From Betaproteobacteria bacterium (GTDB taxonomy: Bacteria > Pseudomonadota > Gammaproteobacteria > Burkholderiales > SG8-39): DNA of 64,000 nt. Where the stretch lies: NCBI GenBank assembly GCA_005881575.1, contig VBCA01000036.1, positions 1,710 through 65,709 on the forward strand. The letters run 5' to 3'. This document shows positions 21,058 through 30,695 of the stretch, one piece after another. The translations under genes and the position numbers were made by a program. The notes beneath the pieces were generated by a model. That model saw only the letters and a program-made list of their open reading frames with translations. It searched no databases and had not been told where the DNA came from. Numbering within the stretch: the stretch's first letter is position 1; every line of letters starts with the position of its first letter.

Positions 21058-21085
21058 AAGGGACCTCCTGGTTCCGGAACCGCGG

Positions 21086-22042
21086 TCAATCGACCTTGGC
21101 CCCCGAAAGCTTGACGACTTTCGCCCACTTCTCGATCTCCGCGCGGATCAGCGCGTCGAACTGATCGGGCGTCGAGCCGATCGGCTCCATGCCCTGCTGC
21201 TTCATGCGCTCGGTGAGGTCGGAGGATTTCACGGCGCGCGCGATGTCGGCGCCGATGCGGTTCACGAGCTCGCGCGGCGTGGCGGCGGGGGCGACGATGC
21301 CGACGAGGGAGAGGGCGCTCACGCCGGGCACCGATTCGGAAACGACGGGATACTCGGGCGACTCGGGCGCGCGTGAAGGGGACAGCAGGGCGAGCACCTT
21401 GATCCTGCCGCTCTTGATCAGCGGCTGCACCGCGTAGAGCACGTCCATGAGTATTGGCACGCGCCCGGCCATGACGTCCTGCTGCGCCGGCGCGCCGCCC
21501 TTGTAGGGCACGTGCACGAGGTCGATGCCCGAGCTCGTCTTCAAAAGCTCGACCGAGAGGTGCATCGCGGTGCCGCTCCCCGGGGTCGCGTAGGCGAGCT
21601 TGCCGGGCTCTTTCTTCGCGAGCGCGATCAGCTCGGGGATGGAGTTCGCCGGGAACGCGGGGTTCGCGGCCATCACCAGGTGCTGCACCGAGACCTGCGT
21701 CACGCCGGCAAGGTCCTTCAGCGTGTCGTAGGGCAGGTCGCTGCGCAGGCTCGGGTTGATGACGTAGGCGGTGACCACCATGCCCAGGGTGTGGCCGTCG
21801 GGCGCGGACTTGGCGACGTAGTCGGTCCCGACCACCGTTCCCGCGCCGGGCTTGTTTTCCACCACCACCGGCTGGCCCCATACGTCCTGCATCTTCGCGG
21901 ACACGAGGCGCCCGATAATGTCGGTCGCGCCGCCGGGAGGAAACGGCACCATCAGCCGCACGACCTTGTTGGGATATTGCTGGGCGGCAGCCGCGAGCGG
22001 CAGCAGCGTCGCAAACGCAAGGGTTCGGATCAGACGGTGCAT
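21086..22042 (-). CDS. Bug/TctC-family substrate-binding protein
   Basis: Signal peptide, then QQYPNKVVRLMVPFPPGGATD, ENKPGAG, APDGHT, VPYKGG and EIEKW. Confidence 0.9.
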   Translation of the reverse strand: MHRLIRTLAFATLLPLAAAAQQYPNKVVRLMVPFPPGGATDIIGRLVSAKMQDVWGQPVVVENKPGAGTVVGTDYVAKSAPDGHTLGMVVTAYVINPSLRSDLPYDTLKDLAGVTQVSVQHLVMAANPAFPANSIPELIALAKKEPGKLAYATPGSGTAMHLSVELLKTSSGIDLVHVPYKGGAPAQQDVMAGRVPILMDVLYAVQPLIKSGRIKVLALLSPSRAPESPEYPVVSESVPGVSALSLVGIVAPAATPRELVNRIGADIARAVKSSDLTERMKQQGMEPIGSTPDQFDALIRAEIEKWAKVVKLSGAKVD

Positions 22043-22048
22043 GCCGCC

Positions 22049-23161
22049 TTAGCGCTCGTGCGCGGCCTCGCCGTCGCTCACTTTGAGGTCGGGCACCCCG
22101 CCTGTCGCGACCGGATCGTCGCGGTAGAGCTTCTTGAAGTCGAAGGTCGCGCGCCGGCCTTCCTGCTTCGGGATCCCGTTCTCCGCGAACAGCTTGAACT
22201 CGGGCGGCACGTCGCGAAAATCCTCGACGTCGAACCACAGCCGCACCAGGCGCCGCTGCCGCTCAGGCTCGGGGAAGTTCGTGAAGCGCGTTCGCGCGTG
22301 CATCACGGTATAGTTGTTGATGACGATCATGTCGCCGCGCTCGAGGAAGAACGCCAGGCGATTCTCGGGCGCCGCTGCGATCTCATCGAACAGATTCAGA
22401 GCCTCGAGGTCGCGCTCATCGAGCGGCACGCCGCGCTCGCGCTGGCCCGCTGCTATCCCGGCGCGCTGGTAGCGGCAGGAGAGTTGCCCGTTGCGGTTGG
22501 CGAACACCGGCGTACGGTAGGGCGTCGCCGCGTCCTCGCCCGGTCCTTCTTCGCCGAGGCGGTGGTAGTGATAGCCGCGGTAGAGCGCCTCGAGGAGGTG
22601 CGCTGCGCGCGCGCGTATCTCATCGTGCACGGTCACGCCGCTCACGATGATCGAGGCGCCGCCCGAGGCGGACTTGTGCCAGCAGGCGAGCGAGATCATC
22701 GCGGTGATGTCGGAGTGCGGCCGCAGCTCGAGATTGCTGCGGTACATGCGCGGGGTCGCGTCCTCGGCGGTGGCGTCGACCACCGAAGTGACGAGGTCGC
22801 CTTGGGCGTTCTGCGAGAGCGCGCGGCCGAAATGCGTCCCCACGCCCCAGGCGCAGGCGGTGAACTGCTCGAGCGACACGCCATCGAGGGGCAGGCCGCG
22901 CAACACGAGGAAACCCTTGCCCGAGCGCACCTCGGCGTAGCCGTGCTCGAGCTTCTTGCGCAGTCCGTCGAATCGAAAATCGGTCTTCGTCAGCGCGTGG
23001 ACGGGCGAGAGGCGGCCGCTCCGCTCGAGGGCCTCGACCGCCGCAAGCAGCTCACCGCGGTCTTCGACCGTCAGCTCGACCAGATAGTCGGCGGGGTTCT
23101 CGAAGCTCGAAGCCTTCCAGGCAAACGAAGAGGAGGCGTGCTCGTAGCTCATGAAAGCCAT
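22049..23161 (-). CDS. TauD/TfdA-family Fe(II)/2-oxoglutarate-dependent dioxygenase
   Basis: About 370 aa from ATG 23161. It has an HxD motif (LRPHSD), a distal His in NNYTVMHARTRF and a conserved Arg, the pattern of the taurine catabolism dioxygenase family. Confidence 0.85.
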   Translation of the reverse strand: MAFMSYEHASSSFAWKASSFENPADYLVELTVEDRGELLAAVEALERSGRLSPVHALTKTDFRFDGLRKKLEHGYAEVRSGKGFLVLRGLPLDGVSLEQFTACAWGVGTHFGRALSQNAQGDLVTSVVDATAEDATPRMYRSNLELRPHSDITAMISLACWHKSASGGASIIVSGVTVHDEIRARAAHLLEALYRGYHYHRLGEEGPGEDAATPYRTPVFANRNGQLSCRYQRAGIAAGQRERGVPLDERDLEALNLFDEIAAAPENRLAFFLERGDMIVINNYTVMHARTRFTNFPEPERQRRLVRLWFDVEDFRDVPPEFKLFAENGIPKQEGRRATFDFKKLYRDDPVATGGVPDLKVSDGEAAHER

Positions 23162-23172
23162 TGTAACGCGGC

Positions 23173-23198
23173 CTTGAGCGCCGCAAGCGGCGCTCAAG
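23173..23198. promoter_or_regulatory. Perfect 12-2-12 inverted repeat CTTGAGCGCCGC-AA-GCGGCGCTCAAG in a 56-bp divergent intergenic region; candidate operator
   Basis: Read directly from the sequence. It lies between the start codons at 23161(-) and 23218(+), so it cannot be a terminator. Confidence 0.45.
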
Positions 23199-23217
23199 AT
23201 GTAGAATCCCGGAGCCC

Positions 23218-24402
23218 GTGAGCACCAAGACCCGTCCGGAAATCCTCATCATCGGCGGCGGTATCGGCGGCGTGGCGACGGCGCTTGCGCTCGCGCGCCG
23301 CGGCATGCGCTCACGCGTGCTCGAGAAGGCGCCCGAGTTCGGCGAGATCGGCTACGGCATCCAGCAGGGCCCGAACGCCTACCGCATGCTCGACTGGCTG
23401 GGCGTCATGAAGGATCTGGAACCGCAGGCGGTGTTCACCAACAGCTTGATCCTTATCGACGCGCTCACCGACCGGGAGCTCACCCGGATTTCGTGCGGCG
23501 ACGCCTTCCGGCGGCATTTCCGCGCCCCCTACACCGTCGTGCATCGCCGCGATCTGCACGGCGCGCTGCTGGAGGCTTGCCGCAAGCGCCCGGAGATCGC
23601 GCTGCACACCTCGAAGGAGCTAGTCAGCTTCGAGGACCGCGGCGGCGGCGTGGTCGCGCGCTTCGCCGACAGCTCCGAATACCAGGGGCGCGCGCTGATC
23701 GGGGCGGACGGACTGCGCTCGCGCGTGCGCGAGACCCTGATGGACGACGGCCCGCCCAGGCCCGCCGGGCACGTGACCTACCGCGGCGTCATTCCTCTGG
23801 ACCAGGTGAAGGACCAGTCACACTTCGACGACATGGTGATCTGGATCGGGCCGAACCTGCACTTCGTCCAATACCGCCTGCGCGGCGGCACCGTCATGAA
23901 CAACGTGGCCACCGTCGTGAGCGACAAGTTTGCGCGAGGCGAGCGGCACGACTACGGGGGCCCGGACGAGCTGGCCGAAGTCTTTTCGCGCACCACGCCG
24001 CACGTACAGGAGATGCTCGGCTACGTGGGCAAGGACAAGAACTGGGTGCTGCACGACCGCGAGCCGCGGCCCGGCTGGACGCGCGGCAAGGTCGCGCTGC
24101 TGGGCGATGCCGCGCACCCCACCCTGCAGTACCTCGCCCAGGGCGCCTGCATGGCGATCGAGGACGCGGTGGTGCTCTCGGGCAAGCTCGAAAAGGCGGG
24201 GAGCGACGTCGATGCCGCGCTTCGGGCCTACGAGCAGGAACGCTATCTGCGCACCGCGCGCGTCACGATCACTTCGCGGATCTTCGGCGACATCATCCAC
24301 GCGAACGGCGGCGCCCGCGACCTGCGCAATCATCTGCTGGCGCAGAGGACGCCCGAGACTTTCTGGGAGGTGGACTGGCTCTACCGGGGGATCGAAGCTT
24401 GA
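23218..24402 (+). CDS. FAD-dependent aromatic monooxygenase, 3-hydroxybenzoate 6-hydroxylase / salicylate hydroxylase-like
   Basis: GTG start. It has the GxGxxG motif ILIIGGGIGG, DG motif GADGLRS and GD motif LLGDAAHP. Overall it resembles group A flavin monooxygenases of the gentisate pathway. Confidence 0.88.
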   Translation: MSTKTRPEILIIGGGIGGVATALALARRGMRSRVLEKAPEFGEIGYGIQQGPNAYRMLDWLGVMKDLEPQAVFTNSLILIDALTDRELTRISCGDAFRRHFRAPYTVVHRRDLHGALLEACRKRPEIALHTSKELVSFEDRGGGVVARFADSSEYQGRALIGADGLRSRVRETLMDDGPPRPAGHVTYRGVIPLDQVKDQSHFDDMVIWIGPNLHFVQYRLRGGTVMNNVATVVSDKFARGERHDYGGPDELAEVFSRTTPHVQEMLGYVGKDKNWVLHDREPRPGWTRGKVALLGDAAHPTLQYLAQGACMAIEDAVVLSGKLEKAGSDVDAALRAYEQERYLRTARVTITSRIFGDIIHANGGARDLRNHLLAQRTPETFWEVDWLYRGIEA

Positions 24403-24424
24403 TCCCGGCGCCCCTCCGTTCCGG

Positions 24425-24607
24425 CTACTCCTTTTTCTTGTCCTTGTTCCGCCACACCATCCACGCGAAACCGACGCAGAAGCCCACGAACAGCACCAGG
24501 AAAATGGCCGTGGCGAGCGTATTGGGCTCGACCGCGGGCTCGGGAGCCTGGGCGTGCGCGGATGCAAGGAGGAGAGAAGCGATCGATCCGACAAGGAATC
24601 TTTTCAT
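24425..24607 (-). CDS. 60-aa mini-protein with a signal peptide, a short acidic/Pro segment, a TM helix and a KDKKKE tail
   Basis: Translation is MKRFLVGSIASLLLASAHAQAPEPAVEPNTLATAIFLVLFVGFCVGFAWMVWRNKDKKKE. GC3 is high. The SD is weak, and TTG 24622 is an alternative start. Confidence 0.5.
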   Translation of the reverse strand: MKRFLVGSIASLLLASAHAQAPEPAVEPNTLATAIFLVLFVGFCVGFAWMVWRNKDKKKE

Positions 24608-24721
24608 GGCGGGCTTTCGCAAAGGCCGTTCGGCGAGCGGCCACGGATAATCTGCGCCAAGCCCCTTGCAGGAAACTGACGCCTGTCTTTCAATTCGCTG
24701 TCAATAGGTGAGGAGGAGGCC

Positions 24722-25783
24722 GTGTCCGACGACGCATTCCCGGAAAGTCCGCTCGAATTCGGCATTTTCGACTGGATCGAGTGGTCCGACGCGCCTGCGG
24801 GCGAGATCTTCGAGCACAAGCTGCGGATCGCCGAGGCCGCGGACAAGGCAGGGTTCTACGCCTGGCACATCGCCGAGCACCAGGGCACGCCGCTCTCGAT
24901 CGACGGCTCGCCCGCGCTCGTGCTGTCCGCGGCGATCCAACGAACGAAGAGGCTGCGGCTGGGGGCTCTCACGTTCTGCCTGCCTTGGTACAACCCGTTT
25001 CGCTTCTACAATGAGATCTGCATGCTCGATCACATGAGCGACGGGCGCCTGGAGCTCGGCGTGGGGCGCGGCGTCTCGCCGATCGAGTCCTCTTATTTTT
25101 TCATGAGGAACGTCGAAGAGTCGCGCGAGCGCTACCGCGAGACGCTCGAGATTTTTTTTGCCGCCTGCGGGAGCTCGGTCCTCGATCACCAGGGGAAATA
25201 CTTCTCCTACCGGGACCTCGAGCTCTACCTCCACCCGCGCCAGCGGCCGTATCCCCCTTTGTGGTTCCCGAGCAGCGACAAGAACTCGATCGAGTTCACG
25301 GCTCGCCACGGCTACCACACCGTGCTCAACACGAGCGCCGCGGAGGCCGGCAAGCTCTACGCGCAATACCGGGAAGTGTGGGCGCGGCACAAGAACGATC
25401 CGGGGCGCCACAACGCGCACGTGCGCGCGCCGAAGCTCGGAAAATCCCAGCACGTGTTCGTCGCCGGCGGCGATGCGGAGGCGCAAAGAGTCGGCGGCGC
25501 CGCGTACAAGGTCTGGAGCGATCACCTGACCCATCTCACGCGCAAGCACGGAAGGCCCGACCTGCTGAACGTCAACCCGGCGTCGGCGGCAGCGATCGCG
25601 CGCCTGGTGGCCGGCGCGCCGGGGACGGTCGCTCGGGAGCTCGCCCAAGTGGTGCGCGAATCGGGAATCAATTATCTGCTGCTGGTGTTTTCCTTCGGCG
25701 ACCTGCGGCCGGAGCTGGCGATGCGCTCGATGGACCTGTTCGTGAGGGAGGTGATGCCGGCTCTGCGGGCGGGTGCGGCCTGA
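24722..25783 (+). CDS. Luciferase-like (LLM class) flavin-dependent monooxygenase
   Basis: GTG start behind a GAGGAGGAGG RBS. It has FGIFDW...AEHQGTP..., then RLELGVGRG and other TIM-barrel LLM patterns. Confidence 0.88.
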   Translation: MSDDAFPESPLEFGIFDWIEWSDAPAGEIFEHKLRIAEAADKAGFYAWHIAEHQGTPLSIDGSPALVLSAAIQRTKRLRLGALTFCLPWYNPFRFYNEICMLDHMSDGRLELGVGRGVSPIESSYFFMRNVEESRERYRETLEIFFAACGSSVLDHQGKYFSYRDLELYLHPRQRPYPPLWFPSSDKNSIEFTARHGYHTVLNTSAAEAGKLYAQYREVWARHKNDPGRHNAHVRAPKLGKSQHVFVAGGDAEAQRVGGAAYKVWSDHLTHLTRKHGRPDLLNVNPASAAAIARLVAGAPGTVARELAQVVRESGINYLLLVFSFGDLRPELAMRSMDLFVREVMPALRAGAA

Positions 25784-25853
25784 AGCGACCGGCTGTATTT
25801 TTTCCCCCGGTCAAATATACTAGTTCACCCCGGAAGCAAGGAGGCGGATTGCC

Positions 25854-26762
25854 ATGGCGAAGGCGCTGAAGAAAGTGCGGGTTTCGATGATGAACGCGAT
25901 CCACGACCTGCCGCTGCTCGTGGCCCGCGACGAGGGCTTTTTCCGGGACGAAGGACTCGACGTGGACATCCTCAAGACGCCGGGGTCGGGGCAGCGCGAT
26001 TCCGACCACCAGGCGCTGCGCGAGAACATCTTCGAGCGCACCATGGAGGCGCTCTACGACCAGGGCCAGTGCGACCAGTTCCGCATGTGCGAATGGGGCG
26101 TGATGAAGCGCGCGGTCGAGGCGGAGAAGACCGGTCACCGTCCCGCGAAGATCGTCGCGCTCGGCTCGGCGATGTCGACCTTCGCCATCGTCACCGATCC
26201 GAAGGTGCGCATCTACGAGCCCGAGCAGCTGAAGAACAAGCCGATCGCAGTGAGCCCCTACAACGGCTCGCACTTCACGACGCTGAAGCTCCTCGAGGGG
26301 TTCCTCAAGCGCGAGCAGATCAAGTGGATCTTCGCCGGCACCATGAAGGAGAGGCTGGACGCGCTGGCGAAAGGCCAGGTCGCGGCGGCGAGCCTGATGG
26401 AGCCCTGGATCAGCGTCGCGGAGAAGCGCGGCATGCGCGTGCTGATGGAATCGCATTCGACGCGGAGCGAAGCCGCCGGGGATGAGCTCGACGGGGCCAC
26501 GCTCGCCGCCATGTTCCGCGCCGAGGCGCGCGCCGCCGATGCGATCGACCGCGACCCGCGCAAGCACGCGCGCTACCTCGTCGAGGAGGCGGGAGGGCTG
26601 CTCGAGCCCAAAGACCTCAAGATTTCGCGCATCCTCAACGCGCCGCCCGAGCCCTACACCCGCGAACGCTTCGACCATACCTACCAGTGGACCCTGGGCT
26701 GGGGCCTGGTGCAGTCGGGCGCGACCTTCGAGAACACGGTCGACAACCGCGCCTGGCAATAG
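25854..26762 (+). CDS. NMT1/THI5-like substrate-binding-fold protein, apparently cytoplasmic
   Basis: 302 aa with no signal peptide. It has a PBP2-like pattern (IHDLPLLVARDEGFFRDEGLDV) and sits directly after the LLM monooxygenase. Confidence 0.7.
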   Translation: MAKALKKVRVSMMNAIHDLPLLVARDEGFFRDEGLDVDILKTPGSGQRDSDHQALRENIFERTMEALYDQGQCDQFRMCEWGVMKRAVEAEKTGHRPAKIVALGSAMSTFAIVTDPKVRIYEPEQLKNKPIAVSPYNGSHFTTLKLLEGFLKREQIKWIFAGTMKERLDALAKGQVAAASLMEPWISVAEKRGMRVLMESHSTRSEAAGDELDGATLAAMFRAEARAADAIDRDPRKHARYLVEEAGGLLEPKDLKISRILNAPPEPYTRERFDHTYQWTLGWGLVQSGATFENTVDNRAWQ

Positions 26763-26789
26763 GTACGAACAATACAGAGGAGGGGGACG

Positions 26790-27983
26790 ATGAAATCAAG
26801 AAATTGGGTCGCGCTCGCCACGGCATCGTGGCTCGCGTTCGCAGCGGCGGGAGCGTTCGCCCAGACCATCAAGATCGGCTTCATCACCAGCTACTCGGGG
26901 CTGAACGGAAACCTCGGGCCCTACATGGAGCGCGGCGCGCGGCTGTACCTGAAGGAGCACCAGAAGGAGCTGCCGCCCGGGGTGAACATCGAGTTCCTCA
27001 TCCGCGACGATACCGGCCCCTACCCCGACAAGGCGAAGCAGCTCGCGCAGGAGCTGATCGTGCGCGACAAGGTCAATCTGCTCGCGGGCGTGATCTTCAC
27101 GCCGAACGCCATGGCGATCGCACCGCTCGCGACCGAGGCCAAGGTGCCGTTCATCATCATGAACGCCGGCACCGCAGTGATCACGACGCGCTCGCCCTAC
27201 ATCGCGCGCCTCTCGTTCACCTTGTGGCAGTCGTGCTATCCGCTCGGCCAATGGGCGGCGAAGAAATTCAAGCGGGTCTACACGATGGTGAGCGATTTCG
27301 GTCCCGGGCACGACTGCGAGGACGCGATCGTCAGGGCGACCAAGGAATCCGGCGGAGAAGTCGCCGGAACGGTGCGCGTGCCGCTTCAGAATCCGGATTT
27401 CGTTCCCTACATGCAGCGGGTGAAGGACGCCAAGCCCGATGCGCTCGCGGTATTCATCCCGGCGGGGAAGACCGCGACCGCGGTGCTGAAGGCATTCGGC
27501 GATCTCGGGCTCGCCAAGTCTGGCGTGAAGCTGATCGGACCCGGAGACGTCACCACCGACGAGGAGCTGGAGAATATGGGCGAGGCGGCGCTCGGCGTGC
27601 TCACCGTGCACCACTACTCGGCCGCGGCGACACGCCCGGCGAACCAGGCCTTCGTCGCCGCGTGGAAGCGCGACTACGGTGCGAACGAGACGCCCAACTT
27701 CGTCGCGGTGGGCGGCTGGGACGGCATGGCTGCGATCATGCACGTGATCAAGGAGCAGAAAGGCAAGATCGACCCGGACCGCACCATGGAGCTCCTGAAG
27801 AATTTCAAGGACCCGAACAGCCCGCGCGGGCCGATCTCGATCGATCCCGCCACGCGCGACATCGTTCAACCCGAGTACCTGCGCGAAGTACGCAGGGTCG
27901 GCGGCAAGCTCGCCAACGTCGAGATCGAGACGCTGGGCACGGCGGTGAAGGACCCGTGGAAGGAACTGAACAACAAGAAGTGA
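26790..27983 (+). CDS. Leu/Ile/Val-binding-protein-family (PBP type 1) ABC substrate-binding protein
   Basis: Signal peptide ending AFAQ, then TIKIGFITSYSGLNG and GVIFTPNAMA, a typical LivJ-like layout. Confidence 0.9.
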   Translation: MKSRNWVALATASWLAFAAAGAFAQTIKIGFITSYSGLNGNLGPYMERGARLYLKEHQKELPPGVNIEFLIRDDTGPYPDKAKQLAQELIVRDKVNLLAGVIFTPNAMAIAPLATEAKVPFIIMNAGTAVITTRSPYIARLSFTLWQSCYPLGQWAAKKFKRVYTMVSDFGPGHDCEDAIVRATKESGGEVAGTVRVPLQNPDFVPYMQRVKDAKPDALAVFIPAGKTATAVLKAFGDLGLAKSGVKLIGPGDVTTDEELENMGEAALGVLTVHHYSAAATRPANQAFVAAWKRDYGANETPNFVAVGGWDGMAAIMHVIKEQKGKIDPDRTMELLKNFKDPNSPRGPISIDPATRDIVQPEYLREVRRVGGKLANVEIETLGTAVKDPWKELNNKK

Positions 27984-27984
27984 G

Positions 27985-28947
27985 CTACATCTTCAACAGC
28001 CGCTTGCAGTTGCCCGAGAGAATCTTGGTCCGGTCCTCCAGGCTCAGGGGCAGATCCTCCATCCACTTCGTTCCGGGCGGGTTGGGCACGAAGGGATAGT
28101 CGACCGAGAAGAGGATCCGGTCCACGCCCATCTCCATGATGCAGCACATCAGCGCGGGCGTGGAGAAGTTGCCGCTCGTGGTGATCCAGAAGTGCTCGCA
28201 GAAGGTGTCGCGGAAAGTGCTGGGTTTGTCGGCTCCGCGCGAGAGCGCCATGTTGATGCGCCACGCGGAGAAGGGCAGCGACTCGCCCAGATGCCCGAGG
28301 ATGATCTTCAGGCGCGGATATTTCTCGAATGCGCCCGATAGAATCATGCGGATGCCGTGGGTGGCGGTCTCCACGGTGTAGCCCCAGGCCGCGGTGAGGA
28401 GCTGCGGAAACCTGTCCAGATAGTCCTTGTAATAGGCGTCGGCGACCGCCTGCACGGGCGAGGACGGATGGATGTAGAGCGGCACGTCGAGCGCCTGAGC
28501 GCGCTCGAAGATCGGCCAGAAGCGCCTGTCGTCGAAGAACACGCCGTTGGTCGGTCCGTGCACCATCGCGCCCTTGAAACCCAGCCTGGTGACCGAGCGC
28601 TCGAGCTCGTCCGCCGCCGCTTTCGGGTCGGCGGTGGGAAGCGCGGCGAAGCCGGCGAAGCGGCCCGGGTGAGCGCGCACCGCCTCGTGCAGTCGGTCGT
28701 TCGCGCGCTTGGCGAACGGAACCGCGGTCGCCGCGTCGAGGCGCTGCGTCGAAGGCGCGCCGTGCGAGATCACCTGCACGTCGATTCCGGCTTCGTCCAT
28801 CTCCCTGATGCGCAGCGCGCCCAGGTCGTCCAGCCGCCGGCGCAGCTCGGGGTCGCGCGCTTCGCCGCTCCCGAAAGTCTTCGCAACGTCTGCGTCCCAG
28901 TAATGCTCTTCGAGCGCGATGACGAAGGGTCTGTTCTTGGTTGCCAT
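27985..28947 (-). CDS. Amidohydrolase_2 family protein (ACMSD / hydroxybenzoate decarboxylase-like)
   Basis: 320 aa with ALEEHYW (HxH-equivalent metal site), VQVISH, IHP, GHLGE and FSVDYPF motifs typical of amidohydrolase-2 decarboxylases/hydratases. Confidence 0.88.
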   Translation of the reverse strand: MATKNRPFVIALEEHYWDADVAKTFGSGEARDPELRRRLDDLGALRIREMDEAGIDVQVISHGAPSTQRLDAATAVPFAKRANDRLHEAVRAHPGRFAGFAALPTADPKAAADELERSVTRLGFKGAMVHGPTNGVFFDDRRFWPIFERAQALDVPLYIHPSSPVQAVADAYYKDYLDRFPQLLTAAWGYTVETATHGIRMILSGAFEKYPRLKIILGHLGESLPFSAWRINMALSRGADKPSTFRDTFCEHFWITTSGNFSTPALMCCIMEMGVDRILFSVDYPFVPNPPGTKWMEDLPLSLEDRTKILSGNCKRLLKM

Positions 28948-28986
28948 GGGTTTGATGGCTCCTGCAGTAGCAGTAGGTGATGGACT

Positions 28987-29610
28987 TTAGCGGCTCGCCG
29001 GCTTGAACTCGAGGATGAAGTTCCACAGCGGCATGTCGCCGACGTTGGTGACGCTGTGGATGATCGGCTCGCGGAAGTTCACCACGCTCGGCGGTTCCTG
29101 CGGCGCGTCCTTGCCGTCGATGATCTGCCGCAAGAGCGGCCCCTGGTTGATGCGGATCTCGACGCGCTGGCTGTGGCTGTGGCGCGCGCGCGTGTCCCCC
29201 GGCGCGAGCCGCTCCTCGTAGATGAAGAAACGCTCGCCCTCGTACACGATCGTGTTCTTCGCCGGCGGGATGATCTCGGCGGGCGATTTGACCGGCGGGT
29301 GTTTGGGCTTGATCGCCACCTCGAAGAAGGGGCCGCCGGTCGGAGGGCGGTAGGATTCGCCCGCCTTGAACACCGCGACCTCGCCGCGCCGCATCGCGCG
29401 CAGCACCCTGCCGAAGCGCAGCTCGATCTCCCCCATCGCCACGATCACGCGTTCCGCGCATCCCGGCGTCGAGCCTTCAGCGCACGGCGCGTCGTCGCGG
29501 CTCACGAGCACGTAGTCGTTCTCGAGCGCGGGCGCCGCCCACAGCGGACCGGCATTGAAGAGCGCCGCGAGCAGCGCCGCGGCGGGCCAAGGTTTCGAAA
29601 CTGGGATCAT
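28987..29610 (-). CDS. Secreted hypothetical protein with a cupin-like beta-barrel pattern
   Basis: Signal peptide PWPAAALLAALFNAGPLWA. A His-containing strand GDTRARHSHSQRVEIRI suggests a cupin. ATG 29631 is an alternative start. Confidence 0.55.
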   Translation of the reverse strand: MIPVSKPWPAAALLAALFNAGPLWAAPALENDYVLVSRDDAPCAEGSTPGCAERVIVAMGEIELRFGRVLRAMRRGEVAVFKAGESYRPPTGGPFFEVAIKPKHPPVKSPAEIIPPAKNTIVYEGERFFIYEERLAPGDTRARHSHSQRVEIRINQGPLLRQIIDGKDAPQEPPSVVNFREPIIHSVTNVGDMPLWNFILEFKPASR

Positions 29611-29729
29611 CGGGTGCTCCGGGGTCGTCATGTGTGCCCGCCTAAGATAGCATCTGCGAGCACACATCGGTTTTCCAAGCCAAGGAGGAGCCCGCCGTGC
29701 AGGGGATCGCCAGGATTGCCGCCAACGAA

Positions 29730-30695
29730 TCAGTTCTGCCGCTCGATGTTCTTCAGGTCGACGACGCGCTTCCAGCGCGCGATCTCGCGCTCGACGAGCG
29801 CGCGCATTTCCTCGGGGCTGGAAGGCGCCGGCACGCCGCTGAGATCGGCCAGGCGTTGGCGTACGTCGGGCATTTCGAGAATGGAGCGGATTTCGCCGTT
29901 CAGTCGATCGATGATCGCGCGCGGTGTCGCCGCCGGGACCGCGAGGCCGAGCCAGGAATTCACTTCCACACCGGGAAGCGTCTCGGAGATCGTCGGCACC
30001 CCGGGCAGGGCCGGATGGCGCGCGGGCGAGGACACCGCGAGCGCGCGAAGTTTGCCGGACCGGATATGCCCCAACGAGGCGGTTCCCGTTTCGATGGTCG
30101 CATCGACGCGGCCCGCCAACACATCCACCAGGGCGTTCGCGCTGCCCTTGTAAGGCACGCCGAGGATCGCCGTGCCAGCCTCGATATTGATCCATTCGCC
30201 GAGCAGGTGCACCAGCGTCCCCGGGGTCATGGAGTAGGTCAATTTTCCCGGCTCGGCCCGCGCGCGTTCGAGCAGCTCCGCGAACGAGCGGATCGGCGAA
30301 CCGGGCGCGATCGAAATCACCAGCGGATAGGCAACCACCGTTCCCACCATGCCGAAGTCGCGCACCGGATCGTAAGGGAGCGCCCGGTTGAGAGCCGCGG
30401 TGGCCGGATGCGCGCCGGAAAGCAGCACCAGCGTGTGGCCGTCAGGCGGAGATTTTGCGAGTGCTTCGTTCGCGAGCAGCCCGGCTCCGCCGGGCCTGTT
30501 TTCGACGACGACAGGCTGGCCGAATCGCTCGGAGAGTTTCTGCGCAAGGAGCCGGCTGACCAGATCGTTGCCCGAGCCGGGCGGCGAGCCGACCAGGAAA
30601 CGGATCGGCCTGACCGGGTACGTCTGCGAAATCGCCTCGCCGATGGCGAGCGCGGCTACGGCTGCGAGCATTGCCGCGGCAAATTTGACGTTCAT
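29730..30695 (-). CDS. Bug/TctC-family substrate-binding protein
   Basis: ATGA overlap with the amidase stop. Motifs are QTYPVRPIRFLVGSPPGSGND, ENRPGGAG, PPDGHT, VPYKGS and EIARW. Confidence 0.9.
   Translation of the reverse strand: MNVKFAAAMLAAVAALAIGEAISQTYPVRPIRFLVGSPPGSGNDLVSRLLAQKLSERFGQPVVVENRPGGAGLLANEALAKSPPDGHTLVLLSGAHPATAALNRALPYDPVRDFGMVGTVVAYPLVISIAPGSPIRSFAELLERARAEPGKLTYSMTPGTLVHLLGEWINIEAGTAILGVPYKGSANALVDVLAGRVDATIETGTASLGHIRSGKLRALAVSSPARHPALPGVPTISETLPGVEVNSWLGLAVPAATPRAIIDRLNGEIRSILEMPDVRQRLADLSGVPAPSSPEEMRALVEREIARWKRVVDLKNIERQN

Noticed and set aside
21070-21081. A 12-bp palindrome GGTTCCGGAACC between the Bug gene and the SOD-rhodanese gene.
   Set aside because: It is short, lies within a 28-bp intra-operon spacer next to the RBS, and has no T-tract. 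The evidence for a regulatory role is insufficient.
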